Positions 47,226-59,899 of a stretch of 64,000 bases of DNA are shown here, piece by piece. A program made the translations under genes and the position numbers. The first letter of the stretch is position 1. The number at the start of each line of letters is the position of its first letter. The DNA lies in the NCBI RefSeq assembly GCF_001194135.2, contig NC_069003.1, forward strand, positions 5,699,585 through 5,763,584. Direction: 5' to 3'. Source of the DNA: Octopus bimaculoides. Taxonomy: Eukaryota. The notes beneath the pieces are model-generated. The model was not told the DNA's origin, did no database searches, and saw nothing but the letters and a program-made list of their open reading frames with translations.

Positions 47226-47717
47226 GACCCCTCCCCCACATCTTCATCTCTATGTGCTATGCTACAACTTCATGGAATATATTATTCCATGTCACAACAA
47301 TCATACAGAACATATCTTTTTCAAAGTGGTTTCTTTATCCTAATTAATTTTAAGCTTCTTTTTCCTTTCTAAATTCAATTGAATATTTGGAATAAGTTGG
47401 ATTATTGTTGGGGTTTGTTTGTTTTTCTTTCTCTGATTTTTAAGGATTATTGTCTAATTAGCGATTAATGGATTCTAAAATATTGGTAGAAAATTAATTC
47501 TATTCAAAATCTCTTAAAATATTCATTTCTTTTATTCTTTCACTTGTTTCACTCATTAAAGTGTGGCCTTGCTGGGGCACCACCTTGAAGAATTTTAGAT
47601 GAATGCATTGACTCCAGTACTTTTTTTTTATTAAATATGGTACTAATTCTGTTAGTTCCTTTTGCCATGCAGTGGGACTGAACCTGTCGTGAGTGTGTGT
47701 GTGTGTATGTATGTATG

Positions 47718-47762
<45 letters not shown>

Positions 47763-48295
47763 NNNNNNNNNNNNNNNNNNNNNNNNNNNNNNNNNNNNNN
47801 NNNNNNNNNNNNNNNNNNNNNNNNNNNNNNNNNNNNNNNNNNNNNNNNNNNNNNNNNNNNNNNNNNNNNNNNNNNNNNNNNNNNNNNNNNNNNNNNNNNN
47901 NNNNNNNNNNNNNNNNNNNNNNNNNNNNNNNNNNNNNNNNNNNNNNNNNNNNNNNNNNNNNNNNNNNNNNNNNNNNNNNNNNNNNNNNNNNNNNNNNNNN
48001 NNNNNNNNNNNNNNNNNNNNNNNNNNNNNNNNNNNNNNNNNNNNNNNNNNNNNNNNNNNNNNNNNNNNNNNNNNNNNNNNNNNNNNNNNNNNNNNNNNNN
48101 NNNNNNNNNNNNNNNNNNNNNNNNNNNNNNNNNNNNNNNNNNNNNNNNNNNNNNNNNNNNNNNNNNNNNNNNNNNNNNNNNNNNNNNNNNNNNNNNNNNN
48201 NNNNNNNNNNNNNNNNNNNNNNNNNNNNNNNNNNNNNNNNNNNNNNNNNNNNNNNNNNNNNNNNNNNNNNNNNNNNNNNNNNNNNNNNNNNNNNN

Positions 48296-48720
48296 ATGTC
48301 CCTGTAACTTAGCGGTTTGATAGAATAAGTATCAGGCTTTAGAAAGTACTGGGGCCGATACATTTGACTAAAAGTTCTTCAAGGCTGTGCCCCAGCATGG
48401 CCGCACTCTAATGACTGAAACAAGTAAAATATAAAAGATATTTGTATATATATATATATATATCTTTTACCTTTTGCTGTATATATATATATATATATAT
48501 TCATGTGAGTGTTTGTCCCGCACTACCACCACCACATAACAACCAGTGTTGGTGTGTTTACCTTTCTGTAACTTAGTAGTTTGGCAAAAGAGGCCGATAG
48601 AATGAGTATCAGGTTTGAAATAGAAGCCCTGGGGTTGAGTTATTCAACTGAAAGTTCTTAAAGGCAGTGCCCCAGCATGGCCGCAGTCTCATCTCTGAAA
48701 CGAGTAAAAGATAAAAGATA
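48296..48720 (+). mobile_element. Two tandem SINE B tails separated by (TA)n
   Basis: Tail B1 at 48296-48440 and 48500-48720. Confidence 0.8.
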
Positions 48721-49121
48721 CAACCATGCCTAAGATTTCAGAATATTATCTAACTAGAAGTCAATCTGATTCAAGTTGTTGGGAGACATCAATGAGATAT
48801 TGTTGAAAAGTTAGTGTAAGTATGAGCTCACATTTCAGTAGTTATCCGTATGTATACATCTCTTGTTGCATTCATCAATGTGGAAACCTAGAACAGAAGA
48901 GCTGTGTATTCTTTCATGTCGTATGTAATTAATGATTTGTTTGTGTATTCTGTAAATTAATTAGCATTGCTAGTTCAAGAAAGTATCAGATTTGAAAGTT
49001 CTGACCAGACAAGAAGAAATATGAGAATGGTATATTTTCTTCAAAATGATTGTTAGTCATGTCTGTCACAGGAATGGTTTGGAAGTTTGCTTGGCGATCA
49101 TATGGTTTTGGATTCATTTCT

Positions 49122-49336
49122 TATTTCCAAGCATAGAGGGGGAAAACAAGGACAGACAAAGGAATTAAGTCGATTACATTGACCCCAAGTGCGTAACTGG
49201 TACTTAATTTATTGACCCCGAAAGGATGAAAGGCAAAGTTGACCTCAGCGGAATTTGAACTCAGAAAGTAACGGCAGACGAAATACCGCTAAGCATTTCG
49301 CCTGACGTGGTAACGTTTCAGCCAGCTTTCCGCCTT
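49122..49336 (-). mobile_element. Young type A SINE with 15-bp TSD
   Basis: Same subtype as 12509-12740; TSD TTTGGATTCATTTCT (49107-49121) / TTTGGGTTCATTTCT (49337-49351). Confidence 0.9.
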
Positions 49337-49569
49337 TTTGGGTTCATTTCTACTGTTCAACCTGTGTTAGGGATGAGACAATCAATAGTTTTTTAGCACA
49401 TGAACTTTCATTCACCCCATCACATCCCTGGAAATCAGTCTCTCTTGCATGTATGCATTCTAGCTCAGATTTTTTGTCTAACAAACAGTTTTGTAATTGC
49501 TGATCGTCATAGCATAATGCTTATCCAAGTAAAACGAGTTATGAATTCTTTTCTTCTTCACTGGAATCT

Positions 49570-49790
49570 TTCATCACCATCATTTAATGTCCATTGTCCA
49601 TGCTGGCATGGGTTGGATGGTTTGATCAGAGTTGGCAAGCTGGAGAGCTGCACCAGACTCCAGTCTGATTTGACATGATTTCTACAGCTGGATGCCCTTC
49701 TTAATGCCAACCACTTTACAGAGTGGAGTGGGTACTTTTATGTGGCCCTGCTTGAGCACTCTCACTTGGCACTGGAATGAGTGCTTTTTG
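49570..49790 (-). mobile_element. RTE 3'UTR tail (family C)
   Basis: TCATCACCATCATTTAATGTCC...CTACAGCTGGATGCCCTTC.TAATGCCAACCAC on +. Confidence 0.8.
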
Positions 49791-50248
49791 CATGGCTCTC
49801 GTACAGGGCTCTTGCAAGCCAATCTTCTTCGCCAGGGGGAGCTGTCTTAATACTTCTGCTGTGGAGTACAGGTCTTCTTGGGTACAGCAAGGTACCAAGT
49901 ATCTCAGTTCTTTGTCGTCTCGTCTGAAATCTAGTGGGATGTATTTTACTAGTCTAATACTGAAGGCCCAAAATAACAATTACAGTTACAATAACATGTC
50001 CTCTGCCACAGCCTCAGGGCAGCTTAAGTCTTGCAAGGGGAAATTGCATAGACAGGAACCATGCACAAATCCATCAGGTGGTGCACATGTTGTTGGGTGG
50101 AATATTTAATCCATTACTAGGTTTTAACATTACTACCTGGTCCTCGTATGTCTTTGATATTACCCACTATATTGCAAGCATTTGGACAAAGTCTCCTGTC
50201 TGAGAATTATTCAAGATTCATGGTTTCTTTCTTGCTTTTCCCTAACAG

Positions 50249-50314
50249 TTCAGAAACCCTACGAAAAGAAAAAAGGTCATAGACTCTGCCCTTCCTCCTC
50301 TGACTTTGCCTTGA
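50249..50314 (+). CDS. Candidate 3'-terminal exon, unidentified gene
   Basis: Acceptor TTTCTTTCTTGCTTTTCCCTAACAG|. Frame 0 reads FRNPTKRKKVIDSALPPLTLP*; AATAAA at about 50382. The other frames are also briefly open. Confidence 0.28.
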   Translation, partial: FRNPTKRKKVIDSALPPLTLP

Positions 50315-50450
50315 TATATATATAAGTGTGTATAGTGTCATGTATCATATATATGTAGTATAAATCTCAGCTCTTTTAAGTAATAAAATTTCAGTTGTTT
50401 TAAATAATACTAAATGTGTTGAGTGCCCTTTTCTTTCGTTTGTCCACTCA

Positions 50451-50481
<31 letters not shown>

Positions 50482-51147
50482 ATTTGTGTGTATGTGTATA
50501 AACACAGTTTCCATTTACCAGGCTCACTCGCAGGGCAATGATGAAACTGGGGCTACAGTAGAAGACACTTGTCTAAAGTGCTATGCAGTGGGACTGAACC
50601 TGAGACCATGCAGTAGCAAAGTGAGCTTCTTCATCACACAGCCATGCCTGTGACTATAAAAAGGAAATAAAAAGAAAAATTTAAATTTTTTTTTTTTTGT
50701 AGTGAAACAAATACATTCATGAAAGCTGTTTTAATAGTTGAAATTTAAAAGTACTAAATGCTACAACTAGTGCTGTACAAGGTCACTTGTCAGTTTAAGG
50801 TTGTATGCACTAATGACACAAATACATATATTTGAATGAATTATCATTCCACACTCGACCATTGTAGTGAACTGGCAATGAAAAGAATGGGTGGGGGCTG
50901 AGAAAAAAACCTATTGCTAACACTAGTTAAGTGATTTGTGGGTGTTTGACTTGCTAGAAATAGTAGCTAAATCTCTCTTAAATCAAAGTGTAGTGTCTTT
51001 AATTAAAATCGAAAATTCTGAAGGACATGTTCGACAGAAAATGTGGACCTAGGTATACACAAAACGATGTCGGAACTGGTGGGTCAAGGCTGGAATCGCC
51101 TCTTGTTGATTGTCTGTTGAGCCAGTGCTAACTGAAGCTAAACTTGC

Positions 51148-51345
51148 CACCATCGCTGCCACCACCACCATCATCACCACCACTACCACAACTACTACTA
51201 CTACCACCACTACCACAGCTACTACTACCACCACCACCACTATCACCAACCACCACTACCACCACTACTACTACAGTGACTACTACAACTACTATTACTA
51301 CCACCACCACCACCACCACCGCCACTGCTGCTACTACTACTACTA
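51148..51345. repeat. Compound (ACC)n/(ACT)n trinucleotide repeat
   Basis: Directly visible; source of the poly-T/poly-V ORFs. Confidence 0.95.
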
Positions 51346-51876
51346 TTAAAATAGACATGTTACACAACTTTGAGGTTTTGTGTCAGTAAAATGGCAAGTC
51401 ATGTAAAAAATAAAAGCCAAAAAAAAAATATATATATAAATCATAAAAACCTTAAAATTTCCGGTCNNNNNNNNNNNNNNNNNNNNNNNNNNNNNNNNNN
51501 NNNNNNNNNNNNNNNNNNNNNNNNNNNNNNNNNNNNNNNNNNNNNNNNNNNNNNNNNNNNNNNNNNNNNNNNNNNNNNNNNNNNNNNNNNNNNNNNNNNN
51601 NNNNNNNNNNNNNNNNNNNNNNNNNNNNNNNNNNNNNNNNNNNNNNNNNNNNNNNNNNNNNNNNNNNNNNNNNNNNNNNNNNNNNNNNNNNNNNNNNNNN
51701 NNNNNNNNNNNNNNNNNNNNNNNNNNNNNNNNNNNNNNNNNNNNNNNNNNNNNNNNNNNNNNNNNATAATGTATGCATAGATATATATACACACAAACAT
51801 CTAAATATAATCTATATAAAATATATGTACACATATAATGTGCATGTGTGTATATATATATATATATGTGTGTATG

Positions 51877-51919
<43 letters not shown>

Positions 51920-52536
51920 GCACACACGTGTATAATATATACAAAATATGTATAAGGCGGGTTGTGTGTATTTATCTATATATATATATATGTGTGTGTG
52001 TATACACACACACACACACACACAACTGAGAAAGCTAACAGACTTCAAAGCCATTTAAATACCATAATAATAATTTAAATTCTTGAAATTAGAGATAAAG
52101 GGTGTTAATTTTCTGTGTGTGTGTTTGTGTGAATAACTAAATTAGAAAATGTTCCATCAATGCAATGATTACCAATTTTCTGTCACTGTGATAGTGGTTA
52201 TTATTTTAGCCCGAAGTCACTCCTGGCCTGTGACCAAAAATATTCCATCACCACCATTCGATTGCATAACAAAATTCTTCACTATAACAGCAGCTTTCGT
52301 TATTCAGCTGTGGTCGTGTGGTTGGGTGATTGACTCTGGTTGTTGGTGGGAATTGAATTCTCTGGTGGAATTTGAACTCAACATCATCATAGAATGAAAC
52401 ATTTGAGCACAGCTGTTTAAATGCTGATGATTTGGCATGACTGACAGGATACTCTGCCTGTTTTGGCAGCTGTGCATTTTGGCACACACATACAGGTAAA
52501 GAGAATGAGATGTAGAGCACGAGAGACATTTCTACT

Positions 52537-52952
52537 TGTGGAAGTGGTAGACCCAGGAAGAAATGCGATGGAGTGGTGAGAAAGGATCTTCAGACGCTGG
52601 GCCTCACTGAGGAAATGACAAGGGACCGGGAGTTGTGAAAATTTGTTCTACTCCAGAAGATGAATCAATCCTAGTTAAATTGCTGTCATCCATACATACA
52701 GGCTTGTCCTTTACAGGTGCTGGTGGCACATAACATGCACTCGTACCGGTGCTGCATAAATGCACCCATGTTGGTGGCACGTAAAAAGCACCCACCACAC
52801 TCTGTAAAGTGGTTGGTGTTAGGAAGGATATCCACTGATATAAACTATGCCACAAGAGGCAGTTAGAATCTGGACAGCTCCCTGATAGGCCAACTCTTAT
52901 CAGACCACCCAGCTCGTGCCAGCATGGAAAATGGATGTTAAACGATGATGAT
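52537..52952 (+). mobile_element. RTE LINE 3' end contiguous with family C tail
   Basis: GSGRPRKKCDGVVRKDLQTLGLTEEMTRDREL*KFV runs without a gap into GTGGCACGTAAAAAGCACCC...GGATGTTAAACGATGATGAT. Confidence 0.85.
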
Positions 52953-54971
52953 ATGACTAGCATAAACACTTTCCCTCTCCTCATACACATAAAGTGAAAT
53001 ATGCTGACATAAAACAGAGGGAGAGAGAGAGAGAGAGAGATAGATGAGAATGAGAGAAACATTAAGATGCCTGTCGTTACAATAAGTTAGCATTCAATCA
53101 GCAATGCCGAAGAAACAGCACCAAACTGACTATGCTGAAACATCTCATACCCTTATCATGATCAGTTTTGACGTCTAATTTTCCATGTTGGCATGGGTTA
53201 AAGAAGAATATTTTGGAGCAGAGTTTTCTATGGTTAGATGCCCTTTCTGTTGTGAACTCTCAACTATTTTTCAAAAGTGGCAAGGCAGCTGGTGAGCTTG
53301 CACTTAATTAGGGTGAGCTTCATTGTAGTGTCATCAATGCATTGCAGGTGTATGATACATGATGACAATGGTGTGTGTGTGTTTAAGGCTTTGGTTGGAC
53401 CATGGTTAAGGTAGAAACCATTTACCTAATGTACCATGCAGTGGGACTGAACCTGAAACCACATAGTTGGCAAGTGAACTTCTTAACCAGACAGCCATAT
53501 CTGTGCACCTGTAGATATAAAATTTAAATTGTCTGAGGTATTTGTCTTAAAATAAGTTAGTTGTTATTTAGCCACAGGTCACTCCTAGTTGTGCTGGCTT
53601 ACAAGCATTGAATTCCAGCAATGACCATCCCATCTTTTATTCGTTCAGTTTATATTCTTTTTTTTTTTTCTTTTTATTGTTTACTGATGGGGAAATGTGA
53701 TGTGCAGGAGAAATTTGACTATGATTTCTAGCATGTCAAGCAATGATGTTTTAAATCCCCCTTGTTAGATTAGCTGAAATGAAGGTTAGTTGAAAGTGGA
53801 TGTATATAACTTATCCCTTTTAAAGCTAAAAAAAAATAATAATTCTTATCTCATTTTAATTAATCAACACAAAATAATCCTGTTGTCAATAAATTTTGTT
53901 TCACAAAATTAATTAAAACTTTTAAATTCTTGGCAAATTGTGCAAGGAACTGTATTTGTGAATTGATTGAATTAAGTTCGTTAAAGACCAACATTACAGC
54001 ACTTCATCTTACAGCATCAAGTTTGTTGTGTTTAGCCCCAGGTAGCATTGATTGACAATCAAAACTATGACGAAAGGCATTCTAACCATGGCTAACCCAC
54101 CTAAATTGTGAATTCTTTTTTTAAAGACATAAATGATGTCTAGCTCTACATTGTCTTTCATATGTACATTTGTTGTTTTTTTAACAACTAGGATGGCAAG
54201 TTTCTTACCAACACCAGTTGTCAAGTGGTGATGGGGGACAAACATAGACACAAAGAAACACAAACACATACACACATATACAGTGGGCTTCTTTCAGTTT
54301 CTGCTTACCAAATCTACTCACAAGGCTTTGGTTGGTCAAGGCTTATAGTAGAAGACATTTGCGCAAGGTACCACACAGTGAGTCTGAACTTGGAACTATG
54401 TGGTTGGGAAGCAGACTCTTTTAGCTTTTGCTACCATCTGCTGCTGCCTAGCAACAGCATATTCATTAAAATAATCTCACTAAATAGCCATGTTGTGGCA
54501 GGAAACTATCACCTCATTGAAAGTAACATTTCTCTAAATATTTTCTGTGCGCTTCATAGCAAGCTGTGTGTGTTTTTTTAATATCCTGAAGGAGACAATC
54601 TTTACTTGCAGCCTATTGTGAGGCCCTCTTGGGGTAATAAAACATAAAAATTGAAGGAAAAAGAAAAAAATAAGGGGGTTTGGTTGAGTTAAGTACAGTC
54701 AGCATAGAGTGAAGACTTAGGATGTAATGTTTTCAGAAGACAGGGGAAAGGAAGAGGATTTCCCCTTGCAGTAATGTTTGGTATGAAGGAGGTAGAGGTA
54801 AATGTGGATAGGGAAATGTTGAAAGGGGTTAGGACCTTAGACAGTTCAGAACAGGGGCCAGGGCTAGCAAGTTTAAAATAGCAAACCCTTTTTACTGGAA
54901 GATATCAGTAGGGAAGAGATATTCAAGCATGTGATTAGCTTCATGAAAATATAATATTGTAAAGAAATATG

Positions 54972-55205
54972 CAGGGTTGGCCAAAAGTCAGCTGACAGTA
55001 AATCAAAACCATTTCATTCCAAGATTTATTTATGTTTAACAACTGCTTGAATTTTATAAAAGCATCTAAATATGAAACATTATGAAAATTGTTCAAACTG
55101 AAGTCCTTCTTGAGCGACACATTTTTCCCATTCAAGCCAATACAGAATTACAGAGAGTATTTATGGAATTTTGATTTACTGTCGGGTGACTTTTGGCCAA
55201 CCCTG
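54972..55205. mobile_element. Tc1/mariner-type MITE, 234 bp
   Basis: TIRs of about 37 bp, CAGGGTTGGCCAAAAGTCA.C.GACAGTAAATCAAAA, at both ends; TA on the right and TG on the left. Confidence 0.88.
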
Positions 55206-55424
55206 TATTATTTAGGAACAGACATGGTTGGTGTTCAATCTCACTGCATGTCATCATCTTGGGCAAGTGATTTCTGCTGTAGGTGATTTGATTCATTCAT
55301 CTGAAATCAATTGGCTGAAACTAGAAGTGATCTCATGTGGTGGGGAAAGCACTTATCTCTTCAGTCAGCTTTGTGAGTGGATTTGGTTGATGGAAACTGA
55401 AAGAAGCCTGTTTTATATCATCAT

Positions 55425-55640
55425 CATCATCATCATCATCATACATCTGTTTTCCATGCTGGCATGGGTTGGACGGTTTGATAGTAGCTGGCCAGCTGAG
55501 GAGCTGCCTGGGATCCATGTCTGTTTTGGCTCGGTTTCTATGGCTGGATGCCCTTCCTAGTGCCAACCACTTTACAAAGTGTACTGGGTGCCTTTTACAT
55601 GACACCAGTATGGGTGATTTTTATGTGACACCAGCACCCA
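55425..55640 (-). mobile_element. RTE 3'UTR tail (family C)
   Basis: (ATC)n then CCATGCTGGCATGGGTTGGACGG...GGATGCCCTTCCTAGTGCCAACCAC on +. Confidence 0.8.
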
Positions 55641-57667
55641 CAAGTCCTTAAGATTAGGAACTCTCATCAGAAGAGGGATGCAGAGAACACACACACACAC
55701 ACACACACATACAGTATATCTTATGCATACAAATAGATGTATAACTAATACACTTGTGCACATACTCACACATAGTGTGCTTCCATATAGTTTCCATCCA
55801 CCAGATTTCACTCACTAAGCATTGGTCAACAAAAGACTAAAGCTGAAGACATTTTCCCATGATGCTGTGCAGTGGAAACAAGCCTAGAATCACTGGATCA
55901 TAAAATGAGCTTCTTTACACTACATCTCTGCTTGTGCCCATTTTTTGTGTACTTTCCCCTGACTTCATCCAAATTCTCTAAATATTCTTACTTCAGTCTG
56001 TAAAATGATGCTTCAGTGCATTGAAAATTCCAGACATTTTTGTAATTTCCATTTTTATTTATTTTATTATTATTTTTGTTAAATCAGAAATTTCAAGCCG
56101 CAGTGTAATTTATTAGTAACACATACACATATATGTATATGTATGTATGTATGTATGTATGGGTGTGTATGTGTATATAGAGATGTATATATATATATAT
56201 ATGTGTGTGTACATGTATATACATATATGCATATAAGTGTATGTGTGTGTATATGTCTGTATGCATGCCTACATACAAACTAATACTGTTAGATGAGAGA
56301 AAAAGTACTCAGTACTTGATGTAGAGTGTAGCTGATTTAATTCAGTCATCTGAAAACCATTGGCTGAAACTAGAAAAGACTTCATGTGTTGTGGGGTGAT
56401 GATGGAGCAGTGATCATCTCATCAGCCAGCCAGTGTTACATTCATTTGATAGATGCTTCATACCAGTACATATAATACCAGTACCATATTATAGTGTAGG
56501 CCCAAAAGGAGTGATTTTGCAAAATCATTAGAGTGATGGATAGTATGTCATGTTGTATTTATTCTGAATGTTTGTGTTTTGAGTTCAAATCACACTGAAT
56601 CAACTTTGGCTTTCATCCCTTTTGGTGGTGGTGGGGTCAATGAAATAGGTGTCATTGAAGGACATTGGATTTGTGGAACTGTTAGAGGATCAGGTAAGAT
56701 GCTTTGTGGTACCAGATCTGGGTCTTTGCATTCTAACATCATTGCTTGTGATGCCATTAGTGCCAAACTGTATCAACTCAAGTTGGTGACGTTTCATTTG
56801 GATAAACATCAGAGGCATGGAGCTAGGGAGACTGGCGTGCATGACCAACAGCTAGTGTTCCTCAAAAATATCTTACTCAGGCTTGTGTACACGTGTACAG
56901 ATTCATGGTTAACATTGACTGAGAGAAGCTCTACAACTCTCAATATCATATAATATCCCAATATCAGTCCTATACAACCTTCAGCTCTTGAGCAGCTCAT
57001 CTAAGGGAAGGTAACTCTGTACAACTCCTGCAGGTTTGTAACTACTTGGCTTGTGGCACTTGTTGCACTAGACTAATACAATTTTGAAAGTTGAGACAGT
57101 GGGACTGGTTCTGCACAGACACTGCCCACATTAATAATATTATTCATCGTGCAGTTTGTTCAGCAATCTTACTGAACCCTCATTCATTAAAGCAATGAGA
57201 CAGTCTACCACCGCCATATATAGATAAAAATTTTTATATTTCTATATCCTACAGAACCTCCCAAAACTAAACACCAATATCTAAGCATTATCCAACCCTA
57301 ATTAGGTTACCACTGATGAAAACTAAACAATACCAAAGTCAGTGATCCCCAAAGACTATGAACCTACAAACACTTTCCACTTTACAAGAATGAAGAACAA
57401 CCCAGAAGAATGAGATTAAGATATAAAAAATTCACAATTGAGAATAATGCGGTTCTTCCGATATATCTATAAAGAAATTCATTTTCATTATAACAGTTCA
57501 TACATTAATTTTCAATTTCTATTTTTATGTATTTTCATTTATTCTTTTATGCATTTGCTTTTTCATCATTTTTTATGTTGTTTTATCATTTATTTTTCTT
57601 ATCTTTTATTTAACGTTTTTTGTTGCTTATTCTTACATTTCTTTTTAAAATTTATATATATATGCTA

Positions 57668-57698
<31 letters not shown>

Positions 57699-58039
57699 AG
57701 GTATTCTCTTTTACTCCTTTTTTTCTTTGTTAGTCCCCTCATTTTTTGTATTTTGAATTAAATTCCTTCTGTCAGCAATTATCTCTTTTTTTTTTCTCCT
57801 TCTTTGAGCATTAAGTTTCCAACAACTATATTATTTCAGAAGTTTTCCTTCAGTTGTCATGTTTTGGTATTTGGGTTCCTTTCCCTTCAGGTTTTCTGAT
57901 AAACAAGAATTTCTGACATGTTGGTCACAAGACAGTTTTGTTTGTGTCTTTCTTTCAGATGTGGGTCATTTCATTCTTTGTTTACTCAAAGGAACTCTTT
58001 GTTTGGACTGTTAGTTTTGTTATTGATTTCTTTGTTCTT

Positions 58040-58235
58040 GAGAAACACATCATCATCTTCATTGTTTTAACATCCACTTTTCCGTGCCTGCATGGGTTAG
58101 AAGGAATTTGTTGAGGTAGATCTATGGTCAAATGATGCCCTTCCTATCACTGACTCCCACCTGTTTTCAGCCAAAATAATATTTTCCCATGGCCAGACAT
58201 GCTTTCATGGGATATTGGAAGAGAAGGACATCACT
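58040..58235 (-). mobile_element. SINE tail module I
   Basis: Reverse complement of the 13250-13470 type. A further copy lies at about 53150-53270. Confidence 0.7.
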
Positions 58236-58638
58236 CATATGATAATGTTCATATCATTACTAACACTGCATATCATTATCAGCACCATCATCAGCACCAT
58301 CATCATAGCATTTTTTTTTACCTGGAACCAGCGCAGATGCTTTATAACTGGCACCAGCACGGGTGTTTTTTACATGACACCAGTTAGTACAATCTATCCT
58401 TCATACTTCTATACAGTTTTTGTCTACCGAATTTCACTCACGAGGAAAGGATTAACCCCAAGGCTATAGAAAACAACATTAGCCCAAAATTCCATTCAGT
58501 GGAATTGAACCTGGTACCTCATTCGTGGTTGCAAAGTGAACTTCTTTTCTTTACCCTTCAACCATACTATGCCTTCTTAGTATAGTAAATAGATAAATGA
58601 AAAGTAGCTAGTTTCAGTGATGTTTCAGTATTTCACGG

Positions 58639-58680
<42 letters not shown>

Positions 58681-59221
58681 TTTTTTTTTGTTTTTTTTAT
58701 CAGACTTGTTGAGTAAATAATGAGACTAACTAGTTTATTGTTTATTATAGATATTAATCATAGGGAAATGGAATTAATTATTTACCTGGAATCCAGTGTT
58801 TAGTGCTAATTGTTAGTGCAGTATGTCTTGCATTGTTTACACAAGTGATTGCAACTGCACAACTATACCATGTTTAGTTGGCACAGTTAAATAATTAACG
58901 ATGATAGGAATCTGATCTAAATGAAAGCATTTAATTACATAAAAGTAGAAGCTTGTTATTGTTCATTTGCCAGTTTCATGTAAAGTAACAGGAAAAACTA
59001 ATGATGATAATAATAATAATGATAATAAATGGTTGTTTTCTGATATTTCTTTTGGCATTTTCTACAAAATAATTTCATTTCTTGTACGCTTTGAGAAACA
59101 ATGATTATAATAATGATGATGATGAGGATGATAATAATAGAGTTGGTTTTGCATGTTCAGAAAAGGAGTTGTGACCGTTTTGTAGGAATAGAAATGGAAG
59201 TCCTTGTGAACCATGTAGCGA

Positions 59222-59340
59222 GTGTTGCAAGACTTTCTTATACAAACCGAAAGAAGAATAGAACACAATGGGCCAGATATCGTAGTTGTTGATAAGAAGA
59301 AACTATGTATTGCTATCAATGTGGCATGCATGGCTGATAC
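59222..59340 (+). mobile_element. R4/Dong-like non-LTR retrotransposon remnant, restriction-like endonuclease motif
   Basis: LQDFLIQTERRIEHNGPDIVVVDKKKLCIAINVACMAD matches the R4-clade LWDF.IQTD..I.H.RPDIVV.DK....C.IIDVA.P.D (PD..D/E) motif. Confidence 0.8.
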
Positions 59341-59342
59341 TC

Positions 59343-59500
59343 ACAAGGCCTGGAATTTTGTGAGAGAGGGGCTAATTGATTACATCAACCTTGAAAGGAT
59401 GAAAGGCAAAGTTAACTTCGGTGGGATTTGAACTCAGAATATAAAGATAGAAGAAAGCTGTTAAGCATTTTGTCCAGTGTGCTAATGATTCTGCCAGCTC
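59343..59500 (-). mobile_element. SINE type A abutting the R4-like remnant, followed by (TAA/TAG/GAT)n
   Basis: GAAAGGATGAAAGGCAAAGTTAAC...GATTTGAACTCAG on +, then TTAATAATAGTAGTAG. Confidence 0.85.
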
Positions 59501-59513
59501 ACTGACTTAATAA

Positions 59514-59545
<32 letters not shown>

Positions 59546-59899
59546 ATAATGATAATAATGAAGATGATGATAAAATAAATGAGGTCAAAAGATTAAGAAC
59601 ATAGACTTTAAAAGAGTAAATATAGAATAAGTTTTTGAAGTAAAGTAAAAGTTTTTGGTCATTTCTGAACAATTAGCCATGTTTTTATTTTTACAATTTA
59701 GCAAGAATGTTTATCTTGGCTTACTTCCAAGACAAATTCTCGAAATGATTTTTGGTTTCGAATCAAGAATTGAGTCAGTTTAATTTCAGTTATTTCATGC
59801 AACTGTTCTCATAAACTTTACAAATAGCACTGCAACTCACCAGAAAATTTGAGCACCATTTTGTCTGTTAGATATTCGTGGTTCAGAGTTTACATGCCA

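Noticed and set aside
49780-50109. Overlapping 87- and 110-aa ORFs
   Set aside because: GC-richer sequence adjoining an RTE tail, most likely LINE UTR; no protein motif recognised.
51049-51389. Poly-Thr, poly-His, poly-Val and poly-Gly ORFs resembling a mucin
   Set aside because: A compound ACC/ACT repeat is open in most frames by composition, with no convincing splice or start context.
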